From positions 1 to 33,600 of IMG/VR virus record IMGVR_UViG_3300044983_000111: a stretch of DNA of 33,600 nt; one strand, given 5' to 3'. This stretch comes from a virus. Lineage: Duplodnaviria > Caudoviricetes. The translations under genes were made by a program, and so were the position numbers. The notes under the pieces are model-generated. The model was not told the origin of the DNA. It did not search any database and worked only from the letters and a program-made list of their open reading frames with translations. Shown in pieces: positions 7,811-17,206 of this stretch. The number at the start of each line of letters is the position of its first letter. Within the stretch, counting starts at the first letter, position 1.

Positions 7811-8390
7811 AATATTTGGAAGAATGGCAAACCGCATGTTTCAAGGTGCTTACCTGTACACACAGATGAGAGAAGGGAATATACCTGATATCTATGTGCA
7901 GGATTACTCTTTGTTTGAAAAATATGAGGGCGAAATAAAGACCCTCTATGGAGAAGGTATAGGTTTTCTCCCATACGTCGCTATCCATGTTCGTCGAGGG
8001 GACTACATTACTAAACATTCAGATTTCTATGTAAATGTGTGTGATACAGACTACTACGAAAAAGCGATAGCTCTGTTTCCGAATAAGAATTTCTTAGTTT
8101 TCTGTAAAGATGGCCAAGGGGAAGAGCAAGACGAAAAAGATAAACAATGGTGTATTGACTATTTTACCCCGTTACTCGGAGATCGATTTCAATTTATGTC
8201 GACAAATGATCAGATAGAGGACTTCAATATGATGGCCTCGTGTGAACACGTGGTAACTGCAAACAGTACATATTCATGGTGGGCTGCTTTCTTGTGTCCC
8301 AACTTAGGAAAGAAAGTAGTTACTCCGAAACAATGGTTCAAAGACGGCATAGAGAGATGCAAATTACCAACCTCATGGATAAAAATATAA
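7794..8390 (+). CDS. Glycosyltransferase family 11 (alpha-1,2-fucosyltransferase-like)
   Basis: GRMANRMFQ, HVRRGDY and ANSTYSWWAA GT11 motifs. Confidence 0.9.
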   Translation: MIEPSKIFGRMANRMFQGAYLYTQMREGNIPDIYVQDYSLFEKYEGEIKTLYGEGIGFLPYVAIHVRRGDYITKHSDFYVNVCDTDYYEKAIALFPNKNFLVFCKDGQGEEQDEKDKQWCIDYFTPLLGDRFQFMSTNDQIEDFNMMASCEHVVTANSTYSWWAAFLCPNLGKKVVTPKQWFKDGIERCKLPTSWIKI

Positions 8391-9184
8391 TGGAAAAGAA
8401 AAAGATTGGAATTTTATGTATTGCCATTAACCCTAACTACTGGGTATTTGCCAAGAATATGATCGAATCTGCTCGTCAGCATTTATTGGTAAATCATGAT
8501 GTTGAATACATTATGTGGACTGATATGCCTTCGGAAATGAACTATGGCTGCACAGTATTTGAAACTGAGTCTGTTCCATGGCCGTATCCAACCTTATTGA
8601 GATATAACCTATTCTTGCAACAAGAAGAATACCTTAAAAAGTTTGATTATCTCTTCTATGTAGATTTGGATATGTTGTTTGTCAACACAGTAGGGGATGA
8701 AATACTCGGAGACGGTTTAACCATGGCTCAACATCCTATGTATGCCCTGAAACGTTCCTACATTCCCCCATATGAACCTAATCCTAATTCAAGTGCATAT
8801 ATTCCTCGATTTGGGCAGATCAGTGTAGATGAGAATGGTAAACAATGGTTTGATCCTCTCTACGCAGCAGGAGGATTTCAAGGAGGAACAACTGAGTCTT
8901 TCATTAAAGCAATGAAAGCAATGAAACGAACTATCGATGAGGATTTTGCCCGAAACTATATCGCTATCTGGAATGATGAAAGTCATTGGAATAAGTATCT
9001 TTCAGAAAATCCTCCTACAGTAGTGCTTTCTCCTTCATATGTTTATCCTGATTCGATGATACAAGACTATTACGTAAAGATATGGGGTCGAAACTATATA
9101 CCTCGAATCATTACGATTACAAAGAAGTTCAGTGTGTCAAAAGAGGCGGGAGAGTTTTTAAGAAATGAATTAAAAAACATATGA
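8390..9184 (+). CDS. Glycosyltransferase family 6 (ABO-type alpha-1,3-Gal/GalNAc transferase)
   Basis: IGILCIA, WPYPTLLRY, DYLFYVDLD, AGGFQGG and WNDESHWNKY; start moved to TAATG-coupled ATG 8390. Confidence 0.9.
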   Translation: MEKKKIGILCIAINPNYWVFAKNMIESARQHLLVNHDVEYIMWTDMPSEMNYGCTVFETESVPWPYPTLLRYNLFLQQEEYLKKFDYLFYVDLDMLFVNTVGDEILGDGLTMAQHPMYALKRSYIPPYEPNPNSSAYIPRFGQISVDENGKQWFDPLYAAGGFQGGTTESFIKAMKAMKRTIDEDFARNYIAIWNDESHWNKYLSENPPTVVLSPSYVYPDSMIQDYYVKIWGRNYIPRIITITKKFSVSKEAGEFLRNELKNI

Positions 9185-9855
9185 AATATTCAATTTGCAT
9201 ACCCTCATATAACCAACAAGAATATTTACCCGATGCTATCGAATCAGCATTGGCTCAAACAGTACCAGCTTATGAAATTATCGTTTGTGATGATGGCTCT
9301 ACGGATCACTCACTTGATATCGCTAAAAGCTATGAGTCACGTGGTGTAAAGGTAATCAGCCAAGTAAATAAAGGGTTATCTTCAGCTCGAAATACTCTGA
9401 TTATGAACATGACAGGAGACTACTTTATCCCTCTCGATGCTGACGATATTCTCCAAGAGAATTACATAGAAAAGGTGGATGCGGTTATCCAAAAGACAAA
9501 CGTTGATATTGTGGCCCCGTCATTTAGATGTTTTGGAGTTTCCAATGCGGACATTGTTCTTGATCCGAATGTAAGGTTAGAAAATTTTAGAGATGCTAAC
9601 TATATTGGATATTTTTCAACTGTCAGAAAGTCTAAGCTCCTTGAAATTGGGGGGTACAGTCCACGAATGATCTGGGGATATGAAGACTATGCATTGTGGA
9701 TTGATCTACTAAGCCATGGAGCAACTTTGGCAGTCTTAAAAGATATATTGGTTTTATACAGAACTAAGGAAGTTTCGATGATACAAACTGCTCAAGCTCA
9801 CCATCAGGAATTAATGGCTCAAATAATGAAAGATTTTCCCAAAATATATGAATAA
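9181..9855 (+). CDS. Glycosyltransferase family 2
   Basis: SICIPSYN, DDGSTD, NKGLSSARN, LDADD, YEDY. Confidence 0.92.
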   Translation: MKYSICIPSYNQQEYLPDAIESALAQTVPAYEIIVCDDGSTDHSLDIAKSYESRGVKVISQVNKGLSSARNTLIMNMTGDYFIPLDADDILQENYIEKVDAVIQKTNVDIVAPSFRCFGVSNADIVLDPNVRLENFRDANYIGYFSTVRKSKLLEIGGYSPRMIWGYEDYALWIDLLSHGATLAVLKDILVLYRTKEVSMIQTAQAHHQELMAQIMKDFPKIYE

Positions 9856-10447
9856 AAAACCCTATATTTCTATAGTAATTCCTATTTATGATATGCCTAA
9901 TTCAGAATACTTCTTGGCACGACTCCAGGACTCTTTGGAAAAGCAAACATTTCGAGACTTTGAAATAGTGGTAACAAAACAGGGGAAGATGGCAGAAAAC
10001 ACTAACGCAGGGATTAAAAAAGCAAGGGGAAAATTGATTAAGATTTTGTACCAAGATGATTATCTTGCCCATGAACAGTCCCTTCAAGAAATTGTAGATA
10101 ATTTTACGACAGGATGGCTGGTGACAGGGTGTGTGCATTCTACGGACGGAGAAAATCTATACAACTCCCATCTTCCAGAATGGAACGAAAATATACATCT
10201 TGTGAACACAATCGGTTCTCCATCAGTTCTGACAATAGAAAACGATAATCCACTGATGTTTGATGAGATCATGACATGGATGTTGGATGCCGATTACTAC
10301 AAGCGCCTCTATCAGCGATATGGGTTACCAACATTTTTACACGACATGAATGTGGTAATAGGGATTGGTGAGCATCAGACAACCCACACATTAAGTGACC
10401 ACATAAAAGAAACAGAATTTAATTATATGAAAAAAAAATATGAATAA
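9848..10447 (+). CDS. Glycosyltransferase family 2-like
   Basis: ISIVIPIY, NTNAGIKKARG, LYQDD, IGSPS. Confidence 0.85.
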   Translation: MNKKPYISIVIPIYDMPNSEYFLARLQDSLEKQTFRDFEIVVTKQGKMAENTNAGIKKARGKLIKILYQDDYLAHEQSLQEIVDNFTTGWLVTGCVHSTDGENLYNSHLPEWNENIHLVNTIGSPSVLTIENDNPLMFDEIMTWMLDADYYKRLYQRYGLPTFLHDMNVVIGIGEHQTTHTLSDHIKETEFNYMKKKYE

Positions 10448-11534
10448 TATACCAGTATTGAGACCCACATACGATGAACAAACTAAAAGAGAGCTTCTTG
10501 AGGTGTTAGACAGTGGATGGACGGGCTATGGGCCAAAGACTATGGAGTTTGAAAATAAGTTTGCTGAATATGTTAAAGCTAAATATGCAGTAGCTACTAA
10601 CTCTGCCACTTCTGCTCTTGATTTGTGTCTCAAGGTATACGGCATCACAGGAGGAGAATTGATTACTCCAGCTATGACCTTTGTATCTGATGCTATCGTA
10701 GGAGAGTGGAACGGAATGGATGTTACATTCGCAGATGTTAACCCTCGAACTCTTTGTATTGATCCAGAATCAATCGTGATAACAGAAAATACCAAGGCGA
10801 TTATCGCTGTTGATTGTCATGGAAGACTTGCGGACATTGATGGTATACGAAGAAAGATTGCTGATGCAGGAAGATCAGACATTCTCGTTATCGAAGACGC
10901 AGCACACGCTATGTATACTCCAGGAGTGGGTAAGGGGGATATTGTTGTGTATTCTTTCCAAGCGGTTAAAACTCTACCTATCTTTGATGGAGGAATGATT
11001 ACAACAGAAGATGAGGAAATCGCTAAAAAGCTAAAAAAACTTACTTGGCTCGGGATTGAGAAATCTACTTTTGATAGAGCACAGGGGAAGGGATACTCAT
11101 GGGAATACGACATTACCCAGGCAGATGGAATTAAGGCATATATGACCGATGTGCAAGCAGTGATTGGTCTAGGACAGCTTAGGAGACTAGAAAATATGAC
11201 TGGTAGACGTCGAACAATCCAGGCACGATATGACCAGGCCTTTGATGGTAACTTGTGGTTCACAAAACCAGAGTGGTCACATACTGTTCAATACTACACA
11301 CCTGAATGGAAAGATCGAAACGGATTGTGTGGATTCTTGGCAGAGAATGGAATTTCTACAGGAGTACATTTTAAACCTCTATCTGAACTTACTTATTGGA
11401 AAAAGGCCAAGAAAAATCCACTTCCAAACACAGATGAGGTATGGCTAAACTTACTTTCACTCCCTTGTCACTCTGCCCTCACAGATAAGGAACAGGAATT
11501 TATTATTACTAAAGTCAAAGAATATTATGCTTAA
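10440..11534 (+). CDS. DegT/DnrJ/EryC1/StrS PLP-dependent sugar aminotransferase
   Basis: NSATSAL, EDAAHA, SFQAVK (PLP lysine), DGGMITT, LSLPCH. Confidence 0.93.
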   Translation: MNNIPVLRPTYDEQTKRELLEVLDSGWTGYGPKTMEFENKFAEYVKAKYAVATNSATSALDLCLKVYGITGGELITPAMTFVSDAIVGEWNGMDVTFADVNPRTLCIDPESIVITENTKAIIAVDCHGRLADIDGIRRKIADAGRSDILVIEDAAHAMYTPGVGKGDIVVYSFQAVKTLPIFDGGMITTEDEEIAKKLKKLTWLGIEKSTFDRAQGKGYSWEYDITQADGIKAYMTDVQAVIGLGQLRRLENMTGRRRTIQARYDQAFDGNLWFTKPEWSHTVQYYTPEWKDRNGLCGFLAENGISTGVHFKPLSELTYWKKAKKNPLPNTDEVWLNLLSLPCHSALTDKEQEFIITKVKEYYA

Positions 11535-12150
11535 AATCTTAATCACAGGAGGAACAGGAAGACTGGCAAAGGAACTCAAGAAACACATTGAGGGTGAATA
11601 TGTTGGTATTGAACATTGGGATTTTACCTACCAAGTTCCACGAGGATATTATGATCTCATTGTTCATATGGGAGCCTATACAGACGTACGAAAGGCAGAG
11701 TCAGAACCAGAGAAATGTTTCAACACAAATACATTGGGGACATTTAACATGGTGCAGATGTATAAGTCTACTCCGTTTGTGTATATCTCTACCGAGTATG
11801 CAAATAACCCACTAGGTGTGTATGCCTTGACCAAACAACTCGGAGAGGAAATTGTGAAAACACATCCAAACCATCTCATTGTGCGTACAGCATTTAAGCC
11901 TAATCCATGGCCATTTGACTACGCATATGTGGATCAATACACACAAGGCGATTATGTCGATGTGATCGCTGAAAAATTGGCAAAGATGATTCACACCTGG
12001 GATAGAAAGTCTGATCTTGTGTACTGTGGGACAGGGCGTAAAACTATGTTTGAACTAGCGGAACGAACAAAGCGAGACGTTAAACCCAACAGTGTAGAAG
12101 ATTATACGAAGGCGATTGGTCTAAACATTATTCCTCGTGACTACCAATAA
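11527..12150 (+). CDS. NAD(P)-dependent sugar reductase/epimerase (RmlD-like SDR)
   Basis: ILITGGTGRLA, AYTDVRKAE, YISTEY, YALTK (YxxxK). Confidence 0.85.
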   Translation: MLKILITGGTGRLAKELKKHIEGEYVGIEHWDFTYQVPRGYYDLIVHMGAYTDVRKAESEPEKCFNTNTLGTFNMVQMYKSTPFVYISTEYANNPLGVYALTKQLGEEIVKTHPNHLIVRTAFKPNPWPFDYAYVDQYTQGDYVDVIAEKLAKMIHTWDRKSDLVYCGTGRKTMFELAERTKRDVKPNSVEDYTKAIGLNIIPRDYQ

Positions 12151-12748
12151 ACTACAACTACCAAATGTCACCCTTATCGCATTATCTAGTGTTGACTTTG
12201 AGGGTCACAAGAAAGCCCTAGATAAATCATGCGAGGGGATTGACTTTGGAGCAGTGAAACTTATTTGGGATCAAAAAATTAAAAACATAGATGATTGGAA
12301 CTATAAAATAATATATGAATTACACAATTATGTTGATACTGATTTTGCAATGCTTATACATAGTGATGGCTATATCATTAACCCGTCGGCTTGGAAAGAT
12401 GAGTTCCTCGATTACGACTATATTGGAGCGCCTTGGCCACTACCAGGACGCGACATGCCTGATGACGGATTCTCATACAAGACATCAACAGGGGTGTCCG
12501 TTCGGGTCGGAAATTCAGTTTCTCTCAGGAGCAGGCGGTTACTGCAACTGCCATCAATTCTTGGATTTGAATGGAAAAGCTATTATGGCAACACAAACGA
12601 AGACGGATTCCTCTGCGTCCACAATAGAGCCACTCTTGAAGGCCATGGTTGCAGATTCGCACCTTTGGAGCTCGCCAAGTACTTCTCGAAAGAACACGAA
12701 ATCGAAGAAAACAAGGGAATAGAGACATTTTCTTTTCACTCACTATGA
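12137..12748 (+). CDS. DUF5672-family putative glycosyltransferase
   Basis: DGYIINP..W...FLDYDYIGAPW, VGN..SLRS, NED. Confidence 0.75.
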   Translation: MTTNKLQLPNVTLIALSSVDFEGHKKALDKSCEGIDFGAVKLIWDQKIKNIDDWNYKIIYELHNYVDTDFAMLIHSDGYIINPSAWKDEFLDYDYIGAPWPLPGRDMPDDGFSYKTSTGVSVRVGNSVSLRSRRLLQLPSILGFEWKSYYGNTNEDGFLCVHNRATLEGHGCRFAPLELAKYFSKEHEIEENKGIETFSFHSL

Positions 12749-12912
12749 TTGATAAAACATATAAAGAACAATTTACGTCTGGAATATTGTGGTGTGCAGT
12801 ATCCAAAAAGGGACAAAAAATCTTGGACGCACTATGGAATACTGGAATGTTTGTATCAAAAAGTGCCCTTAGAAATTTATTTAAAGAAGGTGCAATTAAA
12901 AAAATAAGATGA
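12745..12912 (+). CDS. Hypothetical protein (55 aa)
   Basis: ATGA overlaps at both ends; start moved to 12745. Confidence 0.55.
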   Translation: MIDKTYKEQFTSGILWCAVSKKGQKILDALWNTGMFVSKSALRNLFKEGAIKKIR

Positions 12913-13685
12913 TAGCTGGAATTTTTCACAATGGTTCAGGACTAGGTAACCAACTTCACAGATATGTGATGACGAGAGTTTTAGCTATGGACAAAGGATT
13001 CGACTGGGGAATGATCGACACAGGAAACTTTAAAGGGCATCAGTTTTTAAATCTTGATATGGGTAGTGAATTGGATGACAGTGTTGCATACCATGAGTTC
13101 TATGAGAAAAGAGTAAATAATGCACACGGCGTAGATATTCGAGACTATGATTGGGAAGGGATTAATAATATTCGAGATCATACGATAATTGACGGGGAGT
13201 TTCAGGGAGAGAAATACTATGAGCACCACCGAGATAAGATTGATTCATGGCTTGCAGTAGAACCATTAGATTTAGGGGACAACGTGTGCATCATAAACTT
13301 CAGAGGTGGCGAGTACATCCAGTATCCTGATCTTTTTCTCACATATCAGTATTGGGAGAGAGCAATAGAGAAGATGAGAGAGATAAACCCGCATATGGTG
13401 TTTCGGGTAGTAACGGATGATGTGGATAGCGCTTCCATAATGTTCCCACATTTTGAAATCCAGCATGAAATGGCTAAAGATTGGAGATCGATACGATATG
13501 CAAAATATCTGATTCTTTCAAATAGTAGCTTCGCAATTCTACCAGCATGGCTTAACAAGGAAGCGTATATCATAGCTCCATGGGGATGGGCTCGACACAA
13601 TATAGGATACTGGGCTCTAGAGCAAAACAAGATGAAAGGTTGGAATTACTTAAAAACAGACGGAACATATGAAATATATACTTAG
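12909..13685 (+). CDS. Second GT11-like glycosyltransferase
   Basis: GLGNQL, GEFQ, variant NFRGGEY, SNSSF..AWL. Confidence 0.8.
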   Translation: MIAGIFHNGSGLGNQLHRYVMTRVLAMDKGFDWGMIDTGNFKGHQFLNLDMGSELDDSVAYHEFYEKRVNNAHGVDIRDYDWEGINNIRDHTIIDGEFQGEKYYEHHRDKIDSWLAVEPLDLGDNVCIINFRGGEYIQYPDLFLTYQYWERAIEKMREINPHMVFRVVTDDVDSASIMFPHFEIQHEMAKDWRSIRYAKYLILSNSSFAILPAWLNKEAYIIAPWGWARHNIGYWALEQNKMKGWNYLKTDGTYEIYT

Positions 13686-14259
13686 TAGATACAATCACGA
13701 TATAGAATGGCTGAAAGAATATACTGATGATTTTGTCCTCTATGACAGAAGTGAGAAGCCAGTTAAAGGAAGCATCCGAGTGCCGAACATTGGATCAGAT
13801 ATTTACGATAAGCTTACGTACATCATAGATAATTACGACAATTTACCAGATGTAGCAGTATATACGAAAGCTAACCTATTCAAGTACATAACCAAAGAAG
13901 AGTTTGACCAGGTAAAAGATAATAGAACATTTACTCCACTATTCACCAAGCATCACAAAACCTACCTTCCTACCTGCTACTACGACCATAAAGGAAGATA
14001 CAGGGAATTAAATAACTTCTGGTATCTTGGTTCTCACCCGTGTAAGTCCCAGGAAAGTATGGTTGGGTTACTCGGACTGATAAACAATAACTGTCTCTAT
14101 AACGAATTTGCTCCAGGTTCTAATTACATCCTACCAAAAGAGAATATCTTACAGCATACTAAAGTCTTTTATATGAAACTTCGCTCATACTTAGATTGGT
14201 CGGTGTACCCTGGAGAAGCACAGATATTAGAACGTAACTTAATACACATATGGCAGTAA
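13669..14259 (+). CDS. DUF3431-like putative glycosyltransferase
   Basis: SRYN.DIEW, PNIG...YIIDNYDNLPD, FAPG.NYI...NI, LER. Confidence 0.7.
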   Translation: MKYILSRYNHDIEWLKEYTDDFVLYDRSEKPVKGSIRVPNIGSDIYDKLTYIIDNYDNLPDVAVYTKANLFKYITKEEFDQVKDNRTFTPLFTKHHKTYLPTCYYDHKGRYRELNNFWYLGSHPCKSQESMVGLLGLINNNCLYNEFAPGSNYILPKENILQHTKVFYMKLRSYLDWSVYPGEAQILERNLIHIWQ

Positions 14260-15032
14260 TAGATGTAATCACATTTAATGGAGAATACGACTTGCTTGAG
14301 ATTCGACTCAATATATTAAACGATTATGTCGATGAGTTTATTATTGTCGAAGCCCCAACAACATTTAGCGGTAAACCTAAACCTTTATATTATGAAGAAC
14401 AAAAGCAACGATATAGTCAATTTCATTTTAAGATTAAGTATCACGTGGTCAATGAGCACTATAGCCCAGAGGAAATTAATCTGGCGAAAGATAGTCCAAA
14501 TACAAGAGGAGCTTCACATTGGAAAAGAGAGTTCCTTCAAAAAGAAAGTATCAAGAAATCCCTCACGCATTTAAAGGATGATGATATGGTTTTCATAGGG
14601 GATTGTGACGAGATATGGAACCCTTTGATGAGAAATATTATCATTACTTTTCCTATGAAATTACTTTTGAAGGTATACACATATTATCTAAACAATCGTT
14701 CTAGTGAAATATTTCATGGCACTCTCATGTCCCATTATGGGGATGTAAAGGATGCGTGTTTGAACGAACTACGTACTACTAACGTACGAAACAACATTGA
14801 GGTTGGCTGGCATTTCACCTCAGTGGGAGGATATGAAGAAGTAAAGCGTAAACTGACAGACTCATATACTCACGAGACATATGCCGATAAGAGAGTAATG
14901 GATAACTTAGAAAACGCAGTAATTAATAGCCAAGATTTCCTAGGAAGGGGATTCACTTACACAGTAGATGAGAGTGAGTGGCCGCAGTATTTAAAAGATA
15001 ACAGAGATAAATATAAGCATTTAATGAAATAA
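14250..15032 (+). CDS. Glycosyltransferase family 17 (beta-1,4-GlcNAc transferase-like)
   Basis: FNGEYDLLEIRL..L...VDEFIIVEA..TFSGKPKP, DCDEI, GWHFT. Confidence 0.88.
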   Translation: MAVIDVITFNGEYDLLEIRLNILNDYVDEFIIVEAPTTFSGKPKPLYYEEQKQRYSQFHFKIKYHVVNEHYSPEEINLAKDSPNTRGASHWKREFLQKESIKKSLTHLKDDDMVFIGDCDEIWNPLMRNIIITFPMKLLLKVYTYYLNNRSSEIFHGTLMSHYGDVKDACLNELRTTNVRNNIEVGWHFTSVGGYEEVKRKLTDSYTHETYADKRVMDNLENAVINSQDFLGRGFTYTVDESEWPQYLKDNRDKYKHLMK

Positions 15033-15033
15033 T

Positions 15034-16503
15034 ATGAAAATAGTACAACCAAAATCATTACAGAACATTGTTAGAACAGTTAAAGAGTATGTGGACTTTA
15101 TTGCTCCAACATATGGCCCAGCAGGCAAGAAGATACTGATTGCTTTGTCACCGTTTAACATTAAGGCAGTGGATGATGGACATGAAGCAGCTAAAGAATA
15201 CGAGCTTGAAAATGAGTTCTCAAACTCTGTTATTTCATACATTCGAGAAGCAACAGAGAAGACAAACTCACGAGTAGGGGATGGAACAACAACTGCCGCT
15301 ATCTTAACAGGGGCTATTGTAGCAGAAGCTACGAAGGATATTGACGATCCTTTGGTAAAAATGACAGTTCATGGTAAAATTAAGGAGATTGAGAAGGGAA
15401 CTCGCGAAGCTATAGACAAGATTAGAGAGAAATCTAAGACAATTAAGACTAAGCAGGAATTGTACAAAGTCGCATATAACTCATACAACAACGACGAAGT
15501 AGCTACTCTTATTTCTGACACGCTCTTTAAAATAGGTCAGGATGGATTACTCTCTATAGAAGATTCGCATAGTGTTCAAACTGAAGTTGAAATGATCGAG
15601 GGGCTCGAATTGGATAAGGGTATCATGTCTCCATACTTGGTAAACACAGATAAGGACGAAGGAGTTTTAATTAATCCTCAAGTTCTAGTAATCAATAAGA
15701 AGATTGATACATTCCTTGAAATCGCGCCAGTTCTTAAAAACATCATAGAATCAGGTAAAAAGGATATATGTATTGTCGCAGATACTGTAAGTGAGGATGT
15801 TTTAAGATCATGTATCATGAACAAGATCAAAGGATCATTCTCACCACTTATCATAGAAGCACCAGGATTTGGAGATGCTAAGCTCGATAGTCTCAAGAAT
15901 ATCGCCGCAGTCACAGGAGCCACAGTAATTGACCCAAGTATCCTCAAGATTGAAGACATCAAACCAGAGCACATAGGAATTGCAAAGAAGGTTATCTGTA
16001 AAAAGGATAAAACATTAATCTTTGGAGGATCCCAAGCATCTATAGATAAACGAGTTAAAGAACTAGAGAAAGAGCTTAAACACACAGTAATACAATTTCA
16101 AAAGGAAAAGATTGAGAAATTAATCGCAGCTCTTAAAGGAGGAATAGCACTCATTAAGGTAGGAGCTAAAACAGAAAACGAACAAAAGGCTATTAAAGCA
16201 AAGGTCGAAGACGCAGTAAATGCAACTAAGATAGCGTTCAAGGATGGGATTGTAAAAGGAGCAGGACTAACATACTCAGAACTAAAGACAAGCTCACCAC
16301 TCTTAAACGCAGCACTGAAAGCTCCACGCAAACAATTAGAAGAAAACGGCAAAGAATACCTACAAGATAACGTCACAGACCCAGCAGGTGTTCTCATTGC
16401 AGCACTAGAGACAGCAAGCTCTATCGCATGTGGATTACTCAGTATCAGTGGCATTATTACAATGAAGCGTAAGAAGGAAGATAAGGAAATATTTGATTAC
16501 TAA
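15034..16503 (+). CDS. groEL: Phage-encoded GroEL-like (Cpn60) chaperonin, shortened
   Basis: TYGPAG, GDGTTT, APGFGD, IKVGA.TE, VEDAVNA, DP..V; 489 aa, no GGM tail. Confidence 0.92.
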   Translation: MKIVQPKSLQNIVRTVKEYVDFIAPTYGPAGKKILIALSPFNIKAVDDGHEAAKEYELENEFSNSVISYIREATEKTNSRVGDGTTTAAILTGAIVAEATKDIDDPLVKMTVHGKIKEIEKGTREAIDKIREKSKTIKTKQELYKVAYNSYNNDEVATLISDTLFKIGQDGLLSIEDSHSVQTEVEMIEGLELDKGIMSPYLVNTDKDEGVLINPQVLVINKKIDTFLEIAPVLKNIIESGKKDICIVADTVSEDVLRSCIMNKIKGSFSPLIIEAPGFGDAKLDSLKNIAAVTGATVIDPSILKIEDIKPEHIGIAKKVICKKDKTLIFGGSQASIDKRVKELEKELKHTVIQFQKEKIEKLIAALKGGIALIKVGAKTENEQKAIKAKVEDAVNATKIAFKDGIVKGAGLTYSELKTSSPLLNAALKAPRKQLEENGKEYLQDNVTDPAGVLIAALETASSIACGLLSISGIITMKRKKEDKEIFDY

Positions 16504-16504
16504 T

Positions 16505-16792
16505 ATGAAGAAACCTGTTCATCAGCTTAAAAACAGCAAGAAAAAAGGAGAATGGCTAGCACCATGGCAGTTTAAACCTGGTCAGTCTGGTAACCTTAAA
16601 GGTAGAACTCCTGGTAAATCTATGAAAGAATTTGCTAAAGAATATCTATCTAAAATGACGGAAGAGGAACGATTGAAATACTTTGAAGGAATGAACAAGG
16701 TTGAAGTGTGGAAGATGGCTGAAGGTAATCCTAAATCAGATGTAGACCTATCAGGTGAGATTACAAGTAAGATAATTAGCGTAGATGAATGA
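16505..16792 (+). CDS. terS: Probable terminase small subunit (DUF5681-like)
   Basis: QFKPGQSGNLKGR motif, located upstream of terL. Confidence 0.65.
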   Translation: MKKPVHQLKNSKKKGEWLAPWQFKPGQSGNLKGRTPGKSMKEFAKEYLSKMTEEERLKYFEGMNKVEVWKMAEGNPKSDVDLSGEITSKIISVDE

Positions 16793-17033
16793 AGGAGAAA
16801 AATACAAAGAAATAACTAAACTAAGGTTTGAGTATGACGGTGTAGTCGATAACCATTATCGTAATGTTGAGGTTAGATTTAATCCTTATTCTAGTACCAT
16901 GGCTCTATGGGACTTAGATACTGGTGGTTTTAGCCCAATATATGAACAAACTAAGTTAGAACCTTTGTTCAGAACAGAAACAGAAGATATTCAGTACGGG
17001 ATAGAAATTATATATAAAAAATTAGATGAATAA
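16785..17033 (+). CDS. Hypothetical protein
   Basis: 82-aa ORF between terS and terL. Confidence 0.55.
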   Translation: MNEGEKYKEITKLRFEYDGVVDNHYRNVEVRFNPYSSTMALWDLDTGGFSPIYEQTKLEPLFRTETEDIQYGIEIIYKKLDE

Positions 17034-17166
17034 GTATCATTACAAATATCGTTTGTTTATATGCCGAATAGAGAGGAAATGGAACGCATTTTGGTGGAAG
17101 AGAGGAGAGAAAGAGCGTAAAAGAATAGGTCATGAGATATGGTTACATAATCGACGTCAAAAATGA
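17026..17166 (+). CDS. Small basic protein (46 aa; not in ORF track)
   Basis: MNKYHYKYRLFICRIERKWNAFWWKRGEKERKRIGHEIWLHNRRQK. Confidence 0.4.
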   Translation: MNKYHYKYRLFICRIERKWNAFWWKRGEKERKRIGHEIWLHNRRQK

Positions 17167-17206
17167 TAGATAAAGAAAATAAACTAATTCAATTTAAAGA
17201 ATATTT

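Noticed and set aside
8276-8389. N-terminal extension of GT6 in the ORF track
   Set aside because: Overlaps GT11 by over 100 nt; GT6 similarity begins at the TAATG-coupled ATG 8390.
10430-10438. Poly-A tract as phase-variation or frameshift site
   Set aside because: Encodes terminal lysines at a normal gene overlap in an AT-rich genome; both ORFs are intact.
15678-16454. Minus-strand ORFs over the chaperonin (and similar antisense ORFs elsewhere)
   Set aside because: Fully nested opposite well-supported genes and without recognisable motifs.
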